Shown one piece after another: positions 25,001 to 38,435 of a stretch of DNA of 64,000 bases. Below the pieces are notes generated by a model. It was not told where the DNA came from. It saw only the letters and a list, made by a program, of their open reading frames with translations, and searched no databases. Made by a program: the position numbers and the translations under genes. Position 1 is the first letter of the stretch. Each line of letters opens with the position of its first letter. Location: contig CM082580.2 of assembly GCA_040954595.2 (NCBI GenBank), positions 13,256,242-13,320,241 on the forward strand, given 5' to 3'. The stretch is from Balanoglossus misakiensis. Taxonomy: Eukaryota > Animalia > Hemichordata.

Positions 25001-28000
25001 CAGCTCCTGCACACGTACGTGATCGAGCAGTGACTTGTTATAACAAACACCAGCTAACAAGTCACGAGCGTCTTATAAAAATAGTCGGAGGATGTTGCAT
25101 CTTACTGGTGAAACATTTTGTCCATGGCTATATTAAATATAAAAGAATGTTTTCCCATAATTATTAATTCGGGACAACTAACACTAAAACTGGTGCATTA
25201 TAATTCGCTGACTTCTGTTTCAACCACGTGACCTGAGTAAAACTCTAAAGAAAATGTGCTTCCGGCAGTTGCGTAATGCACATGCGTACATATGCGCCTT
25301 TTGTCATTGTCAATCAGTTGTCAATCCTACTCCATATTCCAGTTCTATGTTAAACCCGACACTTAGGCTATACATTCCATTCGAATTATACTCAGCGGCT
25401 GTGTAAGAGTAAATATGTCAGTACCACTATCCAGTAAACAGAGATGGCATAGTGATGGACGCATTACTGACTGGACATGACGCGTTTTGGCTGACCTCAC
25501 CAAATGACGTCACCAAAGATGGCCGCTCGAAATATCACGGTCTGATTCAGTACGGTGAAAAATGGTCTGTGAACCACAGGATGTTGTGCATCACTGATCA
25601 TCCCATGTATGAGATGTAGAAGAAATACACAGATATGCAATGTCGCCACACTGTCTAATAATGACAGACTGCAACAGCGATGAAATCAATCACATCTGCC
25701 TGCACAAAAAGTGCAGTTAATTAGCAAAACCTACTTCAGGGAATGCGAAGCACCGTTTCCCACTTGACTCTTAAGATAACGATTTATGATGCAGTCGTAC
25801 CTGGTTTAAATTAAAGCAAATCTTGAATTCCGAAAGATTCTCGCAGCTTACTAATACGCTGTTCTTTTTAGTTCTGCACAAGAAAAAATTGGCATTGCCA
25901 GTGGATGACCATATCAGCCTGAAAGGAGAGAACACTATTTTCTTGGAACCGAGCAACTGAAGACTGCTGTCTGTCACATTCAATGCTGCAAATGAGGTCA
26001 CTGCGATTCTCACTTGCTCACGTTTCACATTTTTGAAAAGAAGCTGAACAAGATGGAATAAAGGAAAGAGTTCAAGGACATTGTTGCCTCCCACGTCAAG
26101 TTTGATACAGAGCACCACTTTTGCAGATGCATTTCAGGCATCCCTCTTTCATATTAAGCTTAAAATGTATACATGTACTTTTTTCATATAATAAATGTCA
26201 GCATGAAACACACCAAGCTATATAAAGGCGAAATAATTATTTTAAAAAGGCCTTTTAAGGTGCATCGACCCCCTAATATCTTCAAAACCAATTAACGTGT
26301 AGGAATATTCAAACGTACAGATAGAACTGTGATGCAGCGATGGTACAAAAACACGACTGCGCGTCACATGATGTCTGTGGCCGCTCAGCGATAATAACGC
26401 AATATGAAGTTTTCAACTGCAAGATCACGTGACCTGGAACCCCCCCCCCCTCCATGATCATTTCAAAGCACAACATGCCGCATCAATTTTCGATGGCGTT
26501 CCCAACTTGCCGCAAAGATTTATGTCACCTTCTGCTATAGGTTACAAACCCATCGCAAGAACATGTATTAACCTCAATATGCCCCGATTGCGTAGTTACA
26601 TTCTCAGCATAGCGTGGGCCTGTTTTCTACTCTCAGATCACAGACATCTGGAATACCTTCTTGAATCGATACCCTGAATGGTTGGTGTTTATCTTGGCTC
26701 AATTGAAACAGACTTTGGATGCCATGTTAATGTGATCATTATAGCACTTTCCGTATCTTAATGGTAATTCTTTAACGGGCTGAAATGTGAAATATCTTTC
26801 GCAAGTTCGGCTGAGGATGTGAAAGAGTAGATTCTGTAGTAAATACAGTGATACAAATGAGACAAGAAAAACGTTTCTGGCGCTTTCACACGGCGATGGC
26901 GAAGGACGTAACGATTGGCCCACGGACGGAACGCAACCTAAAGATCCCAACTCCGACTACGTCCGCGGGGACTAATAAACCACGGTATTCCGCATAACAA
27001 CTAGGGAAGGTTGCAGAACCCTCCCCGTAGATACGAAGGTAACTACGAATGGCATTTAAATGGTATCAACGAGAAAATATCTGTAATTATCCGATGGTTG
27101 TTTGTGCTCTTGGGTGGTAAACGTGCATTCAAAGCTCTCAACGACATCTGAAAATTCCAGAGACGTCTTCCATATCGAACTCCGGATTAAAAAAAGGTCT
27201 TCAATATTTCCGCCCTGTGTGTTCTCTGCGAAAACGACGACCACACACGGAGGGCGGTCCATGTTAGCAGTCAACATTAGCTTGATTTAGAAATCAAAGC
27301 TATAATAAGGACAGTCATCGTAAACAAATTGCTATCATCACGAAGACGAGAAACCACGTGACGACCGTTTCGACTGCCAAAACTAAGACTGGGACCACTT
27401 TTCTCCTAATTTTGGCCAAGTATACAACTACTCAAATTTTGAGTGGTTTCAAGATCCCGTGATTTGTGCCAAGTATTCTTGAGTAAACTTTGCTTCCCCA
27501 GTCTTGGCATTCATTCTCACAAAAGACAATCCCACCTGGTATCTAACTGAGCTTTCAACAAAAAGACATCGCCAGGATTCCAGCAGCGATGTTTTCACAA
27601 TAGCTTTCGTTTCGCCAGTGACTCCAAACATCGCTGTAACAAAACAGTTGCTTTCCATTTGACGCCAATGTAAATATAGACGAGTACTTCGGCATTCAGT
27701 AATTTTATCGACAGCATTAATGTCGGTAATTTTATCGTTAATTAGAAGAGACGTTCAATCCATTGTACCGAACACGCACGCACACTGGTTGAAGCATCGA
27801 CATATTAATAACATTTAAATCAGAACCAAGTCAATCATACGATGCAGTTGCGTCAAATAAATTACAAAATTCAACCACTTTTCTAGTACACAAATCAAAT
27901 CAGCTGTCGAAATGACAAGTTATAGCATTCCACATTTGCAATCGATTTACTGTCGTTAAAACAGAATCTACTCTCTTGCGGCAGTGGTAGTTCTGCGACA

Positions 28001-29457
28001 GATATAACGTGATGTTACTCTTCCCATCTATCCGTGGACTGGAAAAATTGGAACATTGTCGGGTGGATATGAAGTGAAAACTAAACACTGGGATATTCAG
28101 AAGTGTTGAACAAGAGGTGACGTTTTATCACTTGGACGAGAACAACCGTGTGCATGCATGTGCCAGAATAGATTTATTTTAAAATCAATAAAGTGGCGAT
28201 CGCTGGAGTGTAATTTAGAACATTACCGGAACAGGTCAACTAATCTAGGTTTTTCAAAGGGAAGCTTGCAGTCACTGTCGTTTCTGCCTGTTCCAGTGAA
28301 ATTGCTGTGGAATGTTCAGTAACAATCACAGTGATGGTTACAGAAAAAGATAAGCTTTACCTTGAGATTGCGTCTGTTTGAGTTAAATGACTGTCCTTCT
28401 AACCGGCTATATCCACATTAAGCAGTGACAGAGCGAGATTGTTCACGTTCCGTACGATACAATCTGCGCTGAAGACCATTTCCCATAGTTTTCGCGGAGC
28501 ACAAACCCGCTGAATAAGGGAAAAAAATACGCTGTACGTTTTGGGCGAGGTCATTTTGCTGCGGGGGTGTTGGCTACATGGTCCGTCCACTCAGACGCCG
28601 CCGGGTCCACGCAGTCCCAGAAGCCACTGCTTCATCTGCACGTGAGTACGGTAGGAGCCTGGGAAGTTGGGGGGGGGGGGGGGCACCGACCAGCGGTCCG
28701 GCAGATGTACTACGCAGTCTTCGTGACATTTGACCCTGCCGGAATAAACACCACTCGGCTACACGTTTTCTTGTTTAAAACACCAATAAATGATATAGGG
28801 ATACACCATTGCTTTTCAGTCCCCAACCGCCGAAAAATTATTTTTTTTCCAATAAAATCATAGAATTGTGGGTCAATCATTACATTGCCTAACAGTCGTC
28901 TTCGACGCTCTCATGTAATGTTTCGATTATGGACACATGTCGACCCATTAAATAAGCTTATCGATGAATATTCAGCATTGCCTGCGCATATTATCTGAAT
29001 AAAGCTGTTCTAAACCCTGATAAAAAACAGAACTAGTCCCCCTCTTCATCTCACGACATGTCCATTATCTGAGAATGGAAAGAATTGTCAAGCGACAATC
29101 TCACCCGCCGTGGGCGATGCGTTGCTTTACAAGGCCATTTCGACTACAATTCCAACAAACATTGAATGGAAAAGCGTTTTCCATTGCACGGTCGTTCAGT
29201 GGATGCAAACCTCGAACGGGGGAGTTCGTTGACTTCATTAAAATCTGAGACCGTTTCGTACGAGTGCCGCAAAGCAAGTTAGGCCTATTTACATTTTAAT
29301 CATGACGATTTTAGTCGCCCCGCCTCGAGTGTCGTTATTGATGTTAATCCAGCGGCTGATCAGAGTTTTTAAGCTATACATTCACCAATACCTGCTCAGT
29401 CTGCTTTACTCACCTGTCGTTCTTCAATTCATGTTATTTCCTTCTGCATCCAAGTGA

Positions 29458-29688
29458 GATTAGTCGTAGAGTAAGTGAGTATACATGGTAGAACACGTGT
29501 AATTGATTGTTAAGTGAGTATACATAGAAGAACACGTCTGATTGGTCGTAGAATGAGTATACATGGTAGAACACTTGTGATTGGTTGTTAAGTGAGTATA
29601 CATTGTAGAACACTTGTGATTGGTCGCATAGTGATTATACATAGTAGAACACGTGCGATTGGTTACGTAGAGTTGGTATACACGGTAC
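29458..29688. repeat. Minisatellite, ~39-bp unit, ~6 copies
   Basis: Unit approx. GATTGGTyGTwrAGTGAGTATACATrGTAGAACACkTGT; it explains the repetitive ORF 29460..29642. Confidence 0.92.
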
Positions 29689-32600
29689 GATTCAAATCAA
29701 GGATCCTTTTCCAATAAATTAATGACGATACATTGTTCCTGTGCTTGTCATCATATATTTATTTGCGGTTTTCCAGTTTGTCAGAGAAGAGCTTTTTTGG
29801 ACGTTGCAGTTACAATGATTGAATCAGGCCAAGACAATGAAGTAACTTGTTTTGACTTGTACATGCTTGTCAAGTAGCTCTGTTACTTAGAAGTTAGGCT
29901 AACTATAATGTGACACTAACGCTTCCGCATCAGTGACGCGGATTTGCTGTACTGTAGTGATTAACGTCAGATCAAAGCCTTCCACCGGCGATCTGCGCTC
30001 GCATTGAATTATCTTTTGATTAAATGGAAGTAAAACGAGGTGGCACTAACTCAAAGTGCGCGCGAACTGGAGCGTATTATATTCCGAGGTAGAGAATGTC
30101 AACGGTTGATGAACGGACATTCGGGTCAGGGTTTGGTGAAGTCAAGGTTAAGAGTGTGACCATGGCCGGGTGGGTGGCATTTGAAAGGAAAACCAGAAGT
30201 CGGAGAAATATTATATAGGACGTGTTGCAAGAATCATGGGGAGACGCAGGGCGCAGCCGTACAGAAGTATAACGTGAGATCATCTAGTGCTATGAATATG
30301 ACAAAAGCTTGACAATGAATATACAATAAGACGAGTACACCAACCGGCCCTTTGGCTCTCTATTCTATACCAATGGACTCTATGTCTCGAGGAGATTTAA
30401 GCTGGGTTGACTACGTACTTAATATAAACGTGCAAAATAGAAATCAAAAGTTAGAGGTGCTCTCCTTGAAGAGCCTATCTAATCCACTTCGCTAGGAAGC
30501 CCACGCGTATGTATATATTCGAGCGGAAATACAGAGGCGTGTGACTTGTAGATATCTGACGGTAAAGTGAAGACATGAGGATTGTGAAAAAAAGAGCCCG
30601 GGGCCGTGTCTAACTACCAGCATCCCCTATGGGACTACATGCATAGAAAACATCCTTGCGAGCTGTGGATATGCAGTGACCTTTTCCCGCCTGTTCTAAA
30701 TTCGCAGGGGGTAAGGCGTCGTCAGCTGTCGGCATTTCACGTTCAACTGCCCAATTGAAGCTGAAGACACTCTGAAAGAACGACTCTGTAAATTTGTCTC
30801 CGGGACTCTGTCTCTGCAAATCCGTCTCGTCTTCCCTATGTCTCCCGTGGGAAGCTTTCACGCTGCCAAGCCAACTAGTCAGACCTCTTTCCTGCTTCAC
30901 CACTAAAGACTTGGTTCTGTGTTAAATTATTGATGCTCTCCAGCTGGACAAGGCTAATGGCGAAGTATTGAATGAATACCTTTCACCTGTCCAGGTCTTT
31001 GGGCAATGGCAAGGGGAAATTATCTATAATATCTATCAGTGCACCAATGAACCGATTTGCTTGATTAATCATCCGGCAGTACTGTCTATAATCGAATTAC
31101 TTCGAGAGAGAAATTGGTGGACTTAAAATAATCTAACACGGAGTAACCAACGACCCTCCGACGCCGCGGAGGTGTTTGCTGCCACATTGCAACACACCCA
31201 TCGCGAATGTCACAGACGCCATGTTCACTGTATACCGGAAGTGCGGACATTTTCCCGATAGCACTTTTATATATCGGTGTCGCCCCCAAAATGCCACTCT
31301 CTGTTTAGTTTTTCGACAACTACAAATACAAGACATGGAAACTATTGAAGCGCACGTCCAAGATACACTGTTTTTAACCACTTCTTGCGGGCTGCATACA
31401 CGTGATCCCAGGATTCATCGCTCAAAATACGTCACTTCCGTTCACCAGCATCGCAAAGCGGAGTAAATTTGTCTTGTCACTATTATGCCCCTTTTCACCG
31501 GACTAATGAAATCGATAGAACACAATACACAAAATGATTTTGCTTTGGAGATTTATACTGAGATCATCGAGTACTGCGAGAATTGGATTGTGTTTGGATC
31601 ACGGCAGCGATACAGATCGATTGATGAGCTGGCGTTTTCCCCATTAGAATTTTAGGAAATGTTTTTTGGGTGAAATACTGATACCTGGGACAATGTCATT
31701 GTTGTAAATCTGTCGATACAGTTTCGAGGAACATAATGCATGTGAGATGGCGCGATATCATCACGTTGCTGGGCAACGCGGTAACACCGGGCCACCAGTG
31801 AGATAGCATCGCATCGATGCGTTAGAGCGTGAGTAGCTAGGGAGCTATCGTCAAATGTGAGTGTTGCGTCGCGCCATATCAGCGGTGCTACGGCAGCAGA
31901 GAAATCGGTATATTATCAAGGCAGTGTCGCCATGTGAAAGCGGATCGGATGGCATTTTTCCATAGCCTACATCATTCGTGCACTTGTTGTTCATCTCAAA
32001 GTTGACTCGACACAGGAAATGACCGCCTCACACCGGCGCCAAAAACAGTCGAGACTAGGAGACTTTGCGATTTTGCAATATTATACCGCACTGATAACAT
32101 GCGTATTTTCGCACACATATGGAAAAACTACCCAACTGATAGATCCAACTACACCAAAAGGTCAGTCAACAGGAAAGCTGCTCGCGGCAGACTGACACAT
32201 TTACCAGATTATAAAAGTTATATGAAGAAAAATTTGAACATGAAAATCAGTGTGTCCTGTAAATAGGTCAAGATTTCTTGTACACTGTAGTTTTATTCAG
32301 TAACTTCGAAGATATGTTTTCATGTAATGTTAAAAACGTAACGAAACAAAATAATGACTAAACCGGCATGCCGTTTCCGTGGAAACGAATAAGTTTTACG
32401 ACTTGGTCATTGCAGTAGCTGGAAGCAATGGGGGTACTATCTGGATGAAGCGAGACACTGGGGAAAATATATTGTGACAGCCAGACAATCCTTATATATG
32501 TTATTGTAAATAACGAAGATTTACGAAAGATTCGCTTCTTGTAATTTTAATGACATTACACCCTGGGTACTAGGCCTACGTGAATATCGTTCCTGTCACT

Positions 32601-35600
32601 CGGCGAGAGGCATCACACCCGGGGGATGTGCTTTTGTGCGTCGAAGTCGGAACAATGGATGCTTTGTACAGTCATCATGTCTTCGTTCATCGCGGTTGCT
32701 GAGAGACCGAACAGTGGACAACCAAAGACTCTTTCATAATTAAAGAGTGAAATAAGAACAACATTTCATTTTGGTGATCTTTTGTGATCCTTGCTTACAA
32801 AAATTACTGGTTGATATTCATATTATATAAGCTCACTGAAATAAGATTACCCATCATCAACACATTGGTGTTATCTTGAAATATCGCTTACACAACCTTA
32901 GAAGCTGACAAGAAAGGCATATTATCGTTTGAGGGCGAGTTGAAAATGGCAATTTTAGTATTTTCAGATGGCGCCAGTTTATAAAGAAGGACTCCCTAAC
33001 ATGATATTGTTTTAAGCGGTCGCTATTTGTGTGGGATCTGTGGCTGTTGTACTTGATGCAACCGCGTGTCCATACGTCATCACGCCGGGTTTCGTGTGCT
33101 GCTATGTTGGCATCATGGCCTAAATATTGCAGCAACACCAACTAAGATCCTTTTGTCTGTGATTTCATGATGTATCACTAGATATAATTATACAGTTTGC
33201 CATTTGGGACTTCTATTTTCTAAACATCCTTTAATTCCCTAGTGTTTAACACACCTCTATAATTTCACTTCCAGAGAACGTTGTTGGTGATCAAATTATG
33301 ACATTAAATGTAGCAATGCATTGACGCTTAACCTTTCTTGATAGAAACTATTACTCCATTCGATTGGGGAGACACACAGGGGAAAATGTCACTCTGAATT
33401 AATATTCTCAAAGTCGAGGTGTTACATTTCTGTTGGCGTGAAGAACGTTTCGAGGCGACAAGGGACGATGAATGACGAAGATGGATTGCACTGATTTTCT
33501 GATACACATTTTGTGACGCGTAATGATACTAAAATGGCTGTAATATTAGATTACTTGAAAGTCAGGGCCGATAATTGAGGCCTTATCTGTTAATCAACAT
33601 GGCAACGTCTCTTCCATTATGGGCAGCTATCATCGTTGTTTCTGCCACTAACCACTTGCTCCACACCGTGCACTTGCTATAATGTCCGTTAATCTTAATC
33701 TGTACGTGGAAACTGTTCTGCCTACAGACATATTCGAGAAACCTTCGGAAATTGAATTTCTCCTGGTACACTTCCTTTTCCAGACTTGCCGCCAGTCAGT
33801 CTATGCTCTCGGTTTTACAATTGCCTCACGGATGGTATAATATGACATTCGCGAAAACATCTTTCCAAACCGTGATTTTACCGTATCAACATAACCTGCT
33901 CTCAGATAACCACACATTCGATCCAATGTGAGAAAATCCTAAATTCATCACCGAAATTTACCAACTACGTATACAAGCATTTTCTTCACCGTCAACTGGG
34001 CAGGAGCATATCATTTCCTCTAGCAATAACGAATAAGATCCAATACGACCATTTCGACTTTACCAACATGTTGGAGCTGACAGCGAACCAGTTACTTAAT
34101 GATTTTCTTAAGCGGGGACTGTGTCATTGACGATAGTACACCTGAGCGTGTTTTCCAGAAACTTTGTCCGTCTCATGTGTGTGTCACTTCAGAAGGTCTC
34201 AGATTATGAGCGGTTCACGTTTCACTTTTTTACAATTTTTCAAAGCGATGCAGGACTTGGTCATCACAATATAATGAAGTCATTAAAAATCTGAATGCCA
34301 TCTCATCTGTGGGCACAAGCACCCCGGAGACGGACAATGGGAGAAAAAATCGATCTGCACAGCAATTTGATTTTGGACAAGGTAATTACACGACATTTGG
34401 AAAGATGAAATTAAGGGTGAATAACCCGCTATGCAAATCACAAGACGAGTCTGATCTCATGACCTGAAAGTGGAAATTGGATTTCTAACCCCTGGTTGAA
34501 ATAATCACATGGATACTAGAGAAAATTGGCTTTCGACTGACATTCTTTACTCTGTGTTAACATCTTCATTGATCCAATCCAAAAGAACAGCGCCACCTTG
34601 TCAGAGAAGAAAAATATTTTGAACTGGGAAATCTTTGACTCGGGAGACGCATGCGCACGACCAACAGTCTCCGTCAAAACCTTTGTGAACCTATGCACTT
34701 TATAAGCCGATTTTTTAAGTAGCAGGCACTTTAAAAAACTTTTCTCTTCTGAAACTAGAGTGAAGTGCGTCGGGCACTCGTTCCTTGGAAGTTCATCGGG
34801 CTAGAGACTGCGCCAAATAATATCATATTAACCAAGTTCTCACAATCCAAGATGGCCGCCAAATTGTTTTCGATGGGGACATTTTGAATTGCATAATATG
34901 GGCACATGTAAATATATCGCTACTAATGGAGGGATTAAACTGTGTTGGCAGGGCAAAGATTTCCATGTGTAAAGTGTCTGTCTTTGAGAGGCGAAATCAA
35001 TAACCATGACGTACGTGTGAGGTTCGTGTTTCTCCTCATCTTCGTCTGTTGACTGCACCCCATACAGCGGTGTGCAGATAAGATACAATCGCAAGATGGT
35101 GAATTGACACGAAACAAGATTTGACGGCAGACCACAAGCACCAGATGAGTTTTTCCGCTGAAATCAACTTATACAGTTATCCTTTACTGTGGGGTTAGAA
35201 GAACTGGGTTAACATCACTGAACAGTGGTTCGGTAGAATTTGATGACTTCTCGATTAAGTCTAGTCACGCAAGATCCAAAGGAATTTATTACATTATTCT
35301 GTCGTTGTATCAAGTATCATTGTTGTATAAAACTGAAAAGCAATTCCCAACAGATAATGAAAGGGCCAGAGGCTAGCCGCAGCACAATTCAGAATTCTCT
35401 GGTACTGCGCATTTGCAACGTACGTGTTTTTTTTCTGCGTTTCAAATTCTCGATCGGAAAATACAACCTTCCTCTTTTTATTAATCTAATTGTTCAGCTT
35501 TCATATTATTAATATATTCACGGTGCACGTTCGAGCCGCGTAGTTTAATTAATCAAATGTTGAAGGGTCTCTTTCATAAACATTTCTCGGCTTATAAGTT

Positions 35601-38435
35601 TTATAGCATTAAGTAAAACGCTTCAGCAGTGATGCGGCACGACAGCCATCTTGTTTTTTTCTGGTTACTTGAAGACGTTCCCAGCAATATTTAATGTGAT
35701 ATTTAAAACGTTGTATCAGATTATTCTGACAGCGTGTGATCGCTTCGGAGCGAATATTTGACATAGTTGACATGGCAATATTATATATCCAGTTCGATTC
35801 AAGTTTCAAAGTGTTTGTTGGAGGGGGGGGGGGGGGGTATGCAGCCCAAACCCGGTTGTCTGAGAAATTAAACGCTATACATCGAGGTGATTCGTGGCTT
35901 TTTTGAGTTTTTCCCCGTCGGACTAAAGTTATGTAAAACACATTCTCGGCGACGGCGTTGTTGCTCAACACATTGCATTCTTCAGCAGGTGAGCATTACG
36001 TCTTTATAAAAGAAAACAACCTGTTTTTCTTTCATCTATACAGACAAGTGACATGATTTACGATTCTTAAAGCGGTGACTTTAAGAAAGTCACAAAACTG
36101 TGTCGAAGTTACTGATCCAAAAAGTTGTTTTTTCCTTGAGAACAGGTTGCGAATTTCACTCTTAATTTGGTGTAGCATACATAGTTCCGTTACGTAATAC
36201 ACTCGTGCGCACGCGCTTACACACATTTCAGTGATGAGAAGTCCAGGTGTGCCTGCGCTGTGTCATCCAAAGTACAAACAAACAAACAAACGAACAATAA
36301 ATACTAGTACCCAAAAACCCAAGTCACCACAGACAGTCAAAACGAATATCGTTATAGCCATGTAGCAGATGTATGCAGCGTAAATCGTTATATAGCCATG
36401 TCTGGGCAGCTTAGAGCAATAATCTTTTGCGCGAACATGTGAAGTAGTTCGCAGTGACAAAGGCGACCTGACCATTTGATCTCAGACAAGGTCAACAAAC
36501 CCCACACTGGCCATAGTACTATTTGTGTTTCAAAAACAAAGATTTGGTTAAGCCTGGATGCAATGGCTGGGCTGTCCAGCCTGTCTTTCAAAGAACACTA
36601 CATATTGGACTGTCACTCGCAGACTGACTGAAAACAAAACAAGCATAACGTCTATTTAACTAACACTACCAAACTACTTTTTGTGATTGTCAAAATCAGT
36701 TCTTACCGAGTATCGACAGAAACTGTCTCGGCTTGTTTGTGATGTTAGCGGACCGGAACTGTGGTGAAACAGTCGTCGCAGAGTTGTGCGTCGTGGAATA
36801 GTCACGTGATTTGTGGTATCATCGCAGACTGGCTCGATCTGAGCCGCATTCACAGGCAGGGGAGAGAAAAAAAATGGTTGGTTTGTCACACCGGTTTGGA
36901 AGCCTCCAGAAAAATCCACCAGAGAGAGCACAGTCCCTGCAAAAATTATTCCCTCGATTTTCCTGCTGTTATAATGCCTATGGTATCTCGGGTGAACATT
37001 ATTACCGTCGGAGATAATTCTCCGGTTTAGTGACTTGCGTCTTGGTACGTGGTACTATTTAGGCCGCATTTGTCGAACCTGATAGAGAGTGGAGATGGCG
37101 TCAGAATTTGAGCGTGTCTGAAGTGAGACGTTAAACAGGAAATGCAGGGCGATAGCCTGTGAAACTAATTTATCGTACGTTGTAAAGCAGACCTGTGCTA
37201 GATACAGCCATTTTATGAATAAAACTCACCCTTCACAATAACCTATTGAATTCAGAAAATGGGTACAGCAATTCAATTCTGTATATCCCGAATCAATCAA
37301 TTGAACTGTGTTCATATCCTTTAGAAAAAATGAGAAATCTAGGGCGACTGTGTACGTTTGTGCAATTTTAAGGACATAGATAACAAATGACGTCAGCCTA
37401 TGCGCTCGGTGTCGCCATGGTAACACCAAGCACCTGCGGCAGATGATGTTCTGAACACCACTCCACTCTAGCTGTAATGCAATATATCGGTCAGGCGGGT
37501 TTAATCGTGCGACTACTTCACGTTGCAATAGTTCGTCAGCTGAGATCAGATCAGTGATATCGTAAAAAAAAATTGCAAAAGCGGGGCAGAAAAGAGAGAC
37601 AGACAGCGTGAAAGAGATAGACAGACGGACAGACAGCTAGCTGGCTACACGCTGACAACTTTCGTGATGGCTTAGCCCACAGAGATGTTCAAAACAAGAA
37701 TATTAAATTCCACGACCCATATTTCGTCTGAACAAAAATCGCCCGCATACAAGATAACATTTTCTGACCAAAATTCCATGATTGAATTTCCGCTCAGCTA
37801 TTTTCTCTCTGTCGCTTGCGGTAGCTGCAGTTCCCAAAGTTGTTGGTGGCGTCATAAAATCCTCCAGCACTGTCCAAGCAAAGACATGGCAGCCGATGGT
37901 GCAAGTAAATCACATCGTTGCCATGCTATTTGTCATACCCGCCGTTGGTGGCGACATTAACGATCTATTTCAGAAGTCAAAACCGAGTCTCGAAGGGTTG
38001 AATGCGACCGTTTTTAGATATTTTTAGCGGTGGACAAACATTATAGGGTCAACACAAATTGTCTGGAGCGTCTAGACGTTGCCCACCTGTTCTAAGAGTG
38101 CAGAGCAGAATTGACCAATCACAAAAGTGCTGTTGTCTACAGGTGTGCAGAAGGTAATAGGCCAATCAAAATTGTTGGCTCTAAAGCATCCGTGCGAAGA
38201 TTTCAAACACTTATTAAATAGCATATATTCACATACATGTATATATATACAACTTTAATAATACACAAAAGAGAAAATATCATTTATATATACGTGAAAT
38301 ATTAAAAAATAACTTGATACAGAATACAAATTTCTAATGATTTAATATCTATTTTCTACACAAATACCCCATTTTTTTCCCCAATTCTACTCAAATCAAA
38401 CCTGAACGCCACACATTAACAATGCCAGTGCCTTC

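Noticed and set aside
29458-29688. CRISPR-like array or 60-aa repeat protein
   Set aside because: Eukaryotic context, contiguous degenerate units with no unique spacers; the ORF is a by-product of a 39-bp unit.
14702-35837. G/C homopolymer runs (~14702, 26439, 28668, 35824) as functional G-quadruplexes
   Set aside because: Simple mononucleotide tracts with no supporting context.
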